Shown: one piece after another, positions 56,315 through 64,000 of the stretch
Layout: each line of letters starts with the position of its first letter
Position numbering within the stretch: the stretch's first letter is position 1
Assembly: GCA_034003985.1 (NCBI GenBank)
Contig: JAVEXP010000003.1
Span: forward strand, 122,643-186,642
Length of the DNA: 64,000 nucleotides
Reading direction: 5' to 3'
From: Patescibacteria group bacterium
Lineage (GTDB): Bacteria > Patescibacteriota > Patescibacteriia > Buchananbacterales > UBA6539
Program-made: the position numbers and the translations under genes
The notes under the pieces: model-generated
The model's database searches: none
Told to the model about the DNA's origin: nothing
What the model saw: the letters and a program-made list of their open reading frames with translations, nothing else

Positions 56315-57535
56315 TTATTTTCCAGGATTTAATAAAACTTTAATTGCTTGGCCGTTAATCAAAGCCTGAAAACCTTCATCATACCGCGACAACGGCAACT
56401 GGTGGGTAATAATGCCGCTGTTTAAAATCGTTTCAGTCAAACCATTGGCCAGCAAATAACGCATTAAATCCCAAGTATCAAAAACCCGGCGACCGTAAAT
56501 GCCTTTGATGGTCAAACCTTTGAAAACGACCTGATTGGAAAAATCAAGTTCCAGCTTGCCGGCAGGCAAGCCTAAAAGCAGCATCGTCCCGCCCATTCGG
56601 ATATTTTCCAAAGCGGCCTGGTAAGCGCTGTAATGGCCGGCCATTTCAAAAACGATGTCGGCGCCGGTATTGTCCGTTTCCCGAGCAATCGTTTCTTTAA
56701 GCTGGTTGATACCCTCAGGACTGCCAACATCAAAAGTAAAATCAGCGCCCAACTTTTTGGCAATGGCCAGTTTATCGACAGTCTGTTTATTTTGTGGCAC
56801 GACATCGGTCACAAAAATTTTGGCCGCTCCCAGCTGCCGGGCGATGGCGCAACTCATCAATCCCTGCAACCCGGCGCCGGTGATTAAAATGTTACGACCG
56901 ACCACATCAGTTGACTGACAAGTATGAACGCCGTTGCCAATCGCGTCCATAAAACTGATGATTTCAGGAGGGATTTCATCTTTTTCAAACAGTACCAAGC
57001 GATTGGCCGGTACAACCATGAAATCGGTATAAGCCCCGTCTTCGTGGATACCTTTGCCAATGGTATTTTTGCAAACATGCTGATGGCCGGTCCGGCACTG
57101 TAAACACTCCAAACAAGTAAAATGCATTTCGGCGCTGACATAAAAATTATCACGCAAAAAATCAATCAGGTCAGGCTGATTAGCCAACTGCTCCGCCGTC
57201 TGACCGCTGACAAAATTTATTAATTTTTGATTAGTTAACTTTTTCCTTAACAATAAATTAACAACTTCAATCTTGGCAGTCGGATGAATTTCAAAAATCT
57301 GACCGCAAAACTCATGGCCTAAAATGGTTTCGGTGCCAGTATTCTTGGCCATGGTGTAGGCTAAAGAATCCTTGCCCTGATAAATCCCGACATCCGTACC
57401 ACAAACACCGGTAGAAATTATTTTTAGTTTAACCGGCCGGCTAGGAGTAACTGCCGGCTCTGGCTTATCAACTAAGTTTAATCCGACATACCACTCGGGG
57501 GGATTGGTCGGATGAATTTTGATTAGCGCTTTCAT
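56315..57535 (-). CDS. tdh: zinc-dependent alcohol dehydrogenase family, L-threonine 3-dehydrogenase-like
   Basis: GHEFCG zinc motif, Rossmann GAGLQG. Paired with kbl. Confidence 0.6.
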   Translation of the reverse strand: MKALIKIHPTNPPEWYVGLNLVDKPEPAVTPSRPVKLKIISTGVCGTDVGIYQGKDSLAYTMAKNTGTETILGHEFCGQIFEIHPTAKIEVVNLLLRKKLTNQKLINFVSGQTAEQLANQPDLIDFLRDNFYVSAEMHFTCLECLQCRTGHQHVCKNTIGKGIHEDGAYTDFMVVPANRLVLFEKDEIPPEIISFMDAIGNGVHTCQSTDVVGRNILITGAGLQGLMSCAIARQLGAAKIFVTDVVPQNKQTVDKLAIAKKLGADFTFDVGSPEGINQLKETIARETDNTGADIVFEMAGHYSAYQAALENIRMGGTMLLLGLPAGKLELDFSNQVVFKGLTIKGIYGRRVFDTWDLMRYLLANGLTETILNSGIITHQLPLSRYDEGFQALINGQAIKVLLNPGK

Positions 57536-57538
57536 AGA

Positions 57539-58762
57539 TTATCTTAATTCGGGCTGACCCGATTTAATTCTTAGTTTTTTTCGATCAGCAGCAGTCTGGA
57601 CAAAAATTGTATCCAGCAAAGCAAGGTCGGCAGCGGTCTGCTCTACCCCCCGACGCTTGAAAACCGCCTGTTGAATTTTTTTAGCAACGGCCAAATCGGC
57701 GGTAACTGCTTTCTTTAAACCGGTACCAAAATTACTGAAAGCGGGTACATCAGCGACAATTGAGCCATAGAGAAGGCTGGCTACGCCAATCACTTTACCG
57801 GTAAAAATCATTGTTCCAATGCCCGCTTTAACATGATCGGCGATAACGCAACCTAGAAACTGACGGCCAGTAGATAGCCCCTGCATTCTAATTTCACCAT
57901 AAGTATTTTTGATGTCGGAATTAGTCGTCCCGGCTCCCAAATTAACCCAACTGCCAACATAAGCATGCCCCAAAAATCCATAATGCTGTTTATTGGTATA
58001 ATCTTGAATAATGGCGGCTTCCACTTCCCCACCAACCTTACAGACCCGGCCCAGACAAGAACCATCTTTTATTTCGGAAAAACTGTTAATGATAGTTTGG
58101 GAACCAACAAACAACGGACCACGCAAAACTGAAGCTGATTTAACTGTTACATCATCAGCTAAAATAATTGGACCGTCAGTGGCATCAAAGACCACCTGAT
58201 CTTCAATTTTAACATTATTACCAATAAACAGTCCTTTAACCTCATGAGCTTGGTAGTCCTGGGCTAAAATCTCCAAATTTGATTTAATAATTTCCTGATT
58301 ATAGATAATCGGATCCCAGACATTGGTAAAAATTCGACCGACAAAATCCTGAGGCGTAGTTGGTAAATCCTTAACAAAAGTCAGTAAATACTGCCTGGAA
58401 AATTCAATATAAATTTCCAAATTAGTGGCAAAAGCCGCGACTACCTGGCCGTCTTTTTGCCAAACAAAATCCTGCTGCTGATCCACTTTGATTTTGAGCT
58501 GCTGGATTGTTTCTAAATCGGGAACCAGAACGGCGTTCACAAACAGCACTTCCTTGGAACCGGCATTAAAAAGCGAAAATTTATTTTTAGCCACCTCCTG
58601 CAATTGATCCCGGACAAAAAAATCAATCGCAACATCCTTGAACTCACGACGCAAAGCATCATATAAACTCAATCCACCACACAAAATATCAAAAGCGGCT
58701 CTGGTTGAAGTAATCGGATAAAGTTTATCAACCTGATTGTCCTCAAATAAAATTATCTTCAT
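57539..58762 (-). CDS. hexapeptide-repeat (LbH) acyltransferase-domain protein with N-terminal nucleotidyltransferase-like domain; possible GlmU-like second half
   Basis: C-terminal run of hexapeptide repeats. Located next to glmS. Confidence 0.45.
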   Translation of the reverse strand: MKIILFEDNQVDKLYPITSTRAAFDILCGGLSLYDALRREFKDVAIDFFVRDQLQEVAKNKFSLFNAGSKEVLFVNAVLVPDLETIQQLKIKVDQQQDFVWQKDGQVVAAFATNLEIYIEFSRQYLLTFVKDLPTTPQDFVGRIFTNVWDPIIYNQEIIKSNLEILAQDYQAHEVKGLFIGNNVKIEDQVVFDATDGPIILADDVTVKSASVLRGPLFVGSQTIINSFSEIKDGSCLGRVCKVGGEVEAAIIQDYTNKQHYGFLGHAYVGSWVNLGAGTTNSDIKNTYGEIRMQGLSTGRQFLGCVIADHVKAGIGTMIFTGKVIGVASLLYGSIVADVPAFSNFGTGLKKAVTADLAVAKKIQQAVFKRRGVEQTAADLALLDTIFVQTAADRKKLRIKSGQPELR

Positions 58763-58764
58763 AA

Positions 58765-60600
58765 TTATTCAACGGTTACGCTTTTGGCCAAGTTGCGCGG
58801 CTTGTCGACATCCCGGCCCTTCAAGACTGCCATATGGTAAGCAAAAAGCTGCAACGGCATTACGGCCAACATTGGCGTTAACATTTCCAAAGTTTTAGGA
58901 ATATAAAAGACATCATTGGCTACCTGGGAAATTTCCGCATCACCTTCGGTCGCCACGGCAATTACCCGACCCTGACGAGCTTTGACTTCTTCCAAGTTGG
59001 AAAGATTTTTTTCATAAACACTGTCTTTCGGCGTAATAAAAACAGTCGGAAATTCCGGGTCAATCATCGCGATCGGGCCATGTTTTAATTCACCAGACGA
59101 CCCCCCTTCGGCATGAAGATACGAAATCTCCTTGAGTTTCAAAGCCCCTTCCAGAGCAATCGGGAAATTATATTTTCTTCCCAGAAAAAAGAAATTTTTG
59201 TAATCCACATATTTTTTAGCTACCGTTTTGATTTCTTCGTTCTTGGCCAAGACCGACGCCACCAAATCTGGCAACTTCAATAATTCTTCGGCAATGCGTT
59301 TACCCATAACCACCGACATTTGACGCTGACGACCAAGCAACAAAGTCAATAAAGCCAAAACAGTAAGCTGGGAAGAAAATACTTTGGTTGAGGCCACACC
59401 AATTTCCGGCCCGGCATGATTATAAACACCGGCATCAGTTTCTTGAGCAATAGTGCTGCCGATCACATTGACAATTCCCAAAGTTAAAACTCCTTTTTCC
59501 TTAGCCTCCTTGACTGCGGCCAAGGTGTCGGCGGTTTCACCGGACTGACTTAGAACCAAAACCGCATCTTTTTTCGGATCCAAAATCGGTTTACGATATC
59601 GAAATTCTGACGCCACTGAAACTTCCGTTGGAATGCCGGCATATTCTTCCAGCATATACTCCCCGATCAAACCGGCATAATAAGCTGTACCGCAAGCCAC
59701 AATATTTAAGCGCTCAATCTGGCGCAACTTATCTTCGACTGGTTCCAAGCCGCCAAGTTTGGCGCGACCGTCTTCGACAATCACCCGGCCGCGCAAACTG
59801 TTGCGAATCGTTTCTGGTTGTTCCATTATTTCCTTAAGCATAAAATGGTCATAACCGCCTTTTTCAGCCTGCTCTAAATCCCATTCGATTTTTTCGACTT
59901 CTTTGTCAACCACATCACCATTAAGGCTGGAAATTTCATAATCACCATCTTTAATAACAGCAATTTCCTTGTCACCCAAAGTAATGACCTGCTGCGTATA
60001 GCTCAAAATGGCAGAAGGATCAGAAGCGATAATAAACTGGTCGGGGGCAATACCGATACGCAACGGGCTGCCAAACCGAGCGGCAACTAATGTTCCCGGT
60101 TCAGTTTCACTGATGACGGCAATGGCATAAGCGCCTTTTACAATTTTCAAAGCCTTCTTGACGGCCTGTTCCAAACTGTCACTACTCTTTAAAAATTTAC
60201 CAATCAAATGAGCCAAAACTTCAGTATCAGTGTCGGACTTAAATTGGTGGCCTTCTTTTTCCAAACCCTGTTTAAGGGTTTTGTAATTTTCAACAATCCC
60301 GTTATGGACCACAAAAACTTTATCATCTTGATCACTGTGAGGATGAGCATTGCGCTGGCTAGGTTCGCCATGAGTCGCCCAACGAGTATGAGCAATTCCC
60401 AAGGTACCGTTTAAGGGATGAGTACTAAGCTGATTGACCAACTGATTAACCCGGCCTTCGACTTTAATGGAATTAATTTTTTGGCCGTCAAACACCGCCA
60501 GACCGGCCGAATCATAACCGCGATATTCAAGACGCTTCAAACCATCAAGTAAAATAGCGGAAGCCTGTTTTTTGCCAATATAACCGACGATACCACACAT
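58765..60600 (-). CDS. glmS: glutamine--fructose-6-phosphate aminotransferase
   Basis: MCGIVGYIG N-terminal nucleophile, two SIS domains. 611 aa. Confidence 0.93.
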   Translation of the reverse strand: MCGIVGYIGKKQASAILLDGLKRLEYRGYDSAGLAVFDGQKINSIKVEGRVNQLVNQLSTHPLNGTLGIAHTRWATHGEPSQRNAHPHSDQDDKVFVVHNGIVENYKTLKQGLEKEGHQFKSDTDTEVLAHLIGKFLKSSDSLEQAVKKALKIVKGAYAIAVISETEPGTLVAARFGSPLRIGIAPDQFIIASDPSAILSYTQQVITLGDKEIAVIKDGDYEISSLNGDVVDKEVEKIEWDLEQAEKGGYDHFMLKEIMEQPETIRNSLRGRVIVEDGRAKLGGLEPVEDKLRQIERLNIVACGTAYYAGLIGEYMLEEYAGIPTEVSVASEFRYRKPILDPKKDAVLVLSQSGETADTLAAVKEAKEKGVLTLGIVNVIGSTIAQETDAGVYNHAGPEIGVASTKVFSSQLTVLALLTLLLGRQRQMSVVMGKRIAEELLKLPDLVASVLAKNEEIKTVAKKYVDYKNFFFLGRKYNFPIALEGALKLKEISYLHAEGGSSGELKHGPIAMIDPEFPTVFITPKDSVYEKNLSNLEEVKARQGRVIAVATEGDAEISQVANDVFYIPKTLEMLTPMLAVMPLQLFAYHMAVLKGRDVDKPRNLAKSVTVE

Positions 60601-60633
60601 AAAAAATAAAAAATTAAGATTAAATTTATTAAA

Positions 60634-61371
60634 TTAAAGTTTTTTCCATATGAACTCAAAAATAATTTTTTGAGTCTGGAAAATATTTTGGTCTTCAATA
60701 ATAATGCCAATTGGCTTTTCGTACTGGTCAACCGAAATCATTGCCACCTTGCCGGCATATATTAAGATATAAGTTGGCGTACTTTCTTCCTTAGTCAGCC
60801 ATTTGCGTTCATCTAATCCTCTGGTTTCGCCGCCCGGACCCATGGAAATAACTTTGACTTTGATCCCGGCAGAAATCCGATCATCGGAAAATTCCGGATA
60901 AACATTATACAAATATTTTCTGATACTCGATGCCGAATAAACATAATAAACTTTTTCGTCAGCCTGACGGCAAGAATCAATAACATCCTTTAGAACAAAC
61001 TCCACACCACTGTAACCTTCATAAAATTTAGAAACTGGCTTACTGCCAGCGTTATTGTAAATCGAACGAAGCTGCGGAATAAACTCCTCAATTTCCTGTT
61101 TGGTTTTTTCCAGTTGCTGTTGGCGTTGACGCACCACTTCCTTAAGCCGGGAAGGATCTTCGGCAATAAAATACTGCCGTTTATCCTTGTGATGATAACT
61201 AACCAAACCCAAAGCAATCAAATGTTTTAGAATATCATAAGCGGTTTGACGGTTAATGTCTGAGGCTTCGGCAATTTTTCTGACCGGTGAAGGTCCAAGT
61301 TTAAGGCAAGATAAGTATATTTTACTCTCTTTTTGGTCCAAGCCAAGTTTTTCAAGGGTTTGATCAATCAT
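60634..61371 (-). CDS. TrmB-family transcriptional regulator (second copy)
   Basis: N-terminal wHTH LDQKESKIYLSCLKLGPSPVRKIAEASDINRQTAYDILKHL. Confidence 0.7.
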   Translation of the reverse strand: MIDQTLEKLGLDQKESKIYLSCLKLGPSPVRKIAEASDINRQTAYDILKHLIALGLVSYHHKDKRQYFIAEDPSRLKEVVRQRQQQLEKTKQEIEEFIPQLRSIYNNAGSKPVSKFYEGYSGVEFVLKDVIDSCRQADEKVYYVYSASSIRKYLYNVYPEFSDDRISAGIKVKVISMGPGGETRGLDERKWLTKEESTPTYILIYAGKVAMISVDQYEKPIGIIIEDQNIFQTQKIIFEFIWKKL

Positions 61372-61595
61372 AAAACAATATTTCTATTATAAGTAGATTA
61401 AAATATTTGTCAATTTTTTTCTGACAAAAAATGTGGATAATTAATTATTTTAGCTTATTTTAGCTAAATTTATGTAAAAAAATTGTCAATTTAAAAACCA
61501 AAAAACATTTAACAATCCAATAGTAACCACCATAAACTGACCAATATTAAAACTGATCCATGGATGGATCAGTTTTAATATTGGTAAAAAATATT

Positions 61596-62828
61596 TTAAG
61601 CGCCAAACAATTTGGCTAAGCCCATCAAATCAACCAAGATTGGCATTAAATTAATACCTTGAATCGTTCCCAAACGCCCTTTGGCACATTCCCGTTCCGA
61701 ATAATTATTCAGGTCATCGGTTCGAACACCTTCGCCGCGAATAGTTAAAGGGACCGGGTCGGCGGTATGAATTTTTAATTTGCTAGAAGTAGTATGATCG
61801 GCGGTTAAAACCACCAAAAAATCCTGCGATTCGGCCAAGGGTTTTATGGCCCGATCAATTTTTTCGATAAATTCAACCTTACCCTGATAATTTCCATCTT
61901 CAGCCAAAGTATCAGCTCCCTTGATATGAACAAAAACCAAATCGTAATCCTGGCTAACAGCAATGGCTTTATTAAGTTTATTTTCCAAATTAGAATCAGG
62001 CAAGCCGGTTACCCCTTCATCAGGCGAAAATGAAATGATATCCATCCCCACAAACTTAGCAATCCCCCGATAAAAGGGAGCGCCGGCAACAAAAGCCGTT
62101 TTAAGATGATATTTTTCCGTGAAGGTCGGTAAGCCGGTAGGAAAAATTCCTGCTCCTCGAAACAGCACTACATTGGCCAAAACCAGGCCCTGGGCTTTAC
62201 GCTCATAATTGAACTGGGCCTGAGACAACTTATCAATAGCAATTTGGCTGAATTTATTCATCACTTCCGCGGTAAATTTTGCCTCGGGGGAATCATCCAA
62301 GGCAACAACCGTATTGACGCCCTCAACATCAACAACATGAGGATCCTGATCACTGATTTTATAACTCAACCCTTGACCGCGAGCGATTAAACCAATCCGA
62401 TGACTCAAGCCAGGTTTAAGAATAAATTTAACGCCATCAATTTCCAACCCATTCAGTAATTCAACAACCGGTAAAGTTGATTCGATGCGGCCAGCCCGCC
62501 GATCAACCAGCCTGCCATTGTCTAAAGTCCCGACATTGGCCCGAAAGCAAACATCGCCAGGCTGAATATCCATATCAATGCCCAAACATTCAAACGGTCC
62601 ACGGCCAGAATAATAAACATACGGATCATAACCAAACAGGGCTAAATGCGCCGTGTCACTACCGGGACGAACGCCTGGTCCGATTAAATTCATCATTCCC
62701 GAAATGCCGTCAACAGCCAGCTTGTCCAAGTTGGGCGTATGGGCAGCTTCCAAAGGAGTTTTGTTGCCCAAAGCGGCAATCGGCCGATCGGGCAAACCAT
62801 CACAAATGATAAAAATGGTTTTTTGCAT
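61596..62828 (-). CDS. apgM: 2,3-bisphosphoglycerate-independent phosphoglycerate mutase, archaeal type (ApgM)
   Basis: 410 aa, FIICDGLPDRP...DTAHLALFGYDP motifs of the ApgM family. Confidence 0.8.
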   Translation of the reverse strand: MQKTIFIICDGLPDRPIAALGNKTPLEAAHTPNLDKLAVDGISGMMNLIGPGVRPGSDTAHLALFGYDPYVYYSGRGPFECLGIDMDIQPGDVCFRANVGTLDNGRLVDRRAGRIESTLPVVELLNGLEIDGVKFILKPGLSHRIGLIARGQGLSYKISDQDPHVVDVEGVNTVVALDDSPEAKFTAEVMNKFSQIAIDKLSQAQFNYERKAQGLVLANVVLFRGAGIFPTGLPTFTEKYHLKTAFVAGAPFYRGIAKFVGMDIISFSPDEGVTGLPDSNLENKLNKAIAVSQDYDLVFVHIKGADTLAEDGNYQGKVEFIEKIDRAIKPLAESQDFLVVLTADHTTSSKLKIHTADPVPLTIRGEGVRTDDLNNYSERECAKGRLGTIQGINLMPILVDLMGLAKLFGA

Positions 62829-62830
62829 AA

Positions 62831-63835
62831 TTATTGAGAAACATGCTTAATAACCCTAGCCAATTGGTTAATATAGCCCCACTCATTATCATACCAAGCA
62901 ACAATATTAATCATCGTGCCATCAATAACGGCCGTTGATAAAGCATCAATAATTGAAGCATGAGGATTCCCCCGATAATCAACGGAAACCAAGGGCTCTG
63001 AGGAGTAATCCATAATTCCCTTCATTTCTCCTGTGCAAGCAGCGCGCAAGGTTTGATTAACCATTTCAACATCGGTTGATTTGGCAACTTCCAAATTCAA
63101 AGAAATAACTGAAGGCAAAATAACTGGCACGCGCATAGCAATGCCATGAAGTTTGCCATTTAATTCCGGCACCAGCTTGCCAATCGTTTTGGCGGCACCA
63201 GTATCGGTCGGGATGATTGATTCAGTCGCCGCCCTGGCCCGACGAAAGTCTTCTTTCTTATGGGGAGCATCGACCAAGTGCTGATCATTAGTATAAGCAT
63301 GAACAGTTACCATGTACCCGTGTTTGATATTAAAAATCGGATGAAGCACTTTAACGATCGGCGCCAAACAATTTGAAGTGCAGGAAGCCGCCGAGATGAT
63401 CTGATGGGAAACAGGATTATAAGTTCCCAAATTAACACCGGGTACTAAAGTTACATCTTCATCTTTACCCGGAGCGGTGATAACCACTTTTTTAGCGCCG
63501 GCTTGAAGGTGTTTTTCCGAATCCTGACGGCTGCGAAAAACACCGGTTGACTCAACGACCACATCGACATCAAGTTCCTGCCAAGGACATTCAACCGGAT
63601 TGAAACAACCATAGAGAGGGATAATTTTACCGTCAACTACCAAATTTTTTTCATTCGAGCTTACGGTTTTATCCCAAACACCATAACAAGAATCATACTT
63701 AAGGAGATGGGCATAAAAAGCCGGGCTGGAAGGGCTATTTACCGCCACGATTTCCACTTGGGGATCGTCAAAAAGCTTACGAAAAATTAATCGGCCCATC
63801 CGGCCAAAGCCGTTAATGGCAATTTTGGTGGTCAT
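62831..63835 (-). CDS. gap: glyceraldehyde-3-phosphate dehydrogenase, type I
   Basis: INGFGRMGR NAD motif. SCTSNCLAP catalytic Cys region. Confidence 0.9.
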   Translation of the reverse strand: MTTKIAINGFGRMGRLIFRKLFDDPQVEIVAVNSPSSPAFYAHLLKYDSCYGVWDKTVSSNEKNLVVDGKIIPLYGCFNPVECPWQELDVDVVVESTGVFRSRQDSEKHLQAGAKKVVITAPGKDEDVTLVPGVNLGTYNPVSHQIISAASCTSNCLAPIVKVLHPIFNIKHGYMVTVHAYTNDQHLVDAPHKKEDFRRARAATESIIPTDTGAAKTIGKLVPELNGKLHGIAMRVPVILPSVISLNLEVAKSTDVEMVNQTLRAACTGEMKGIMDYSSEPLVSVDYRGNPHASIIDALSTAVIDGTMINIVAWYDNEWGYINQLARVIKHVSQ

Positions 63836-63860
63836 AAAAATATGATAAATACTAAATGGA

Positions 63861-63890
63861 AAAAAAATGGTTGCTTTCCCAAGGCAACCA
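63861..63890 (-). terminator. intrinsic terminator for a gene entering from beyond the right edge
   Basis: GGTTGC-9 nt-GCAACC hairpin plus U7 on the minus strand. Confidence 0.6.
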
Positions 63891-63916
63891 TCATGTCACG
63901 AAATCGAGAATTACTC

Positions 63917-64000
63917 CGCGATTCACCGACTTACCAGCCCGACGCCGGCGGAAACGTCCACCAACCCAGCGTCAACCATCATGTCGATTGACGGAAACAG
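63917..64000 (-). CDS. 3' end of an unidentified minus-strand gene (partial)
   Basis: Open frame ...SIDMMVDAGLVDVSAGVGLVSR* ending at TGA just before the terminator. Confidence 0.3.

Overview
This window looks like a low-GC, gene-dense bacterial chromosome segment, most consistent with a Patescibacteria/CPR-like or similar small-genome lineage; the lineage call is by eye. By eye the host is roughly 35-40% GC and most genes lack obvious Shine-Dalgarno sequences. The housekeeping backbone is clear: a partial PEP-utilizing enzyme (ppsA-like), pyk, groES-groEL, rmuC, an M23/LysM peptidase, a YifB/ComM ATPase, lspA, a DksA/TraR zinc-finger protein and the rpsO-NYN-pnp operon. It continues with a Fur/Zur-znuACB zinc-uptake cluster, tyrS-valS, cca, rluD, gmk, rplS, a split GlmU-like pair plus glmS, tdh-kbl, apgM, gap and eleven tRNAs in four clusters.

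Three visibly GC-rich insertions stand out, and in all of them the genes carry strong AAGGAGG-type Shine-Dalgarno sites, unlike the host genes.

(1) About 20.26-25.3 kb is an island of seven same-strand small ORFs. The one larger gene encodes a very GC-rich P-loop NTPase. Five homologous structured elements of about 75-85 nt are interleaved with the ORFs, sitting 8-18 nt after stop codons. Each element has a conserved box TTGGAAGGAGGA. The box forms the 3' arm of an imperfect palindrome with upstream sequence and the 5' arm of a second, covarying hairpin (GGAGGA...TCCTCC), so it can fold two mutually exclusive ways. The island also holds a tandem perfect-palindrome operator (TCATTAATGA x2), a hairpin-dense 250-nt spacer, and a 1.1-kb gene-free tract beside it. 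This is the best candidate for an undescribed system. I could not assign it to any known defence, toxin-antitoxin, retron or CRISPR family. I propose a cassette-array-like mobile region whose repeats are attC- or REP-like recombination or terminator elements, or cis-regulatory RNA switches.

(2) A single GC-rich xylose isomerase gene with its own promoter.

(3) A 0.5-kb GC-rich mini-island next to tRNA-Val encoding two tiny proteins.

Other notable items: a promoter-to-terminator, ORF-free transcript of about 380 nt upstream of the dksA-like gene that is a candidate novel ncRNA; a tRNA-Ile with anticodon UAU; a tRNA-Ala 5'-half remnant; an unannotated 49-aa zinc-ribbon ORF; and a candidate Fur/Zur box.
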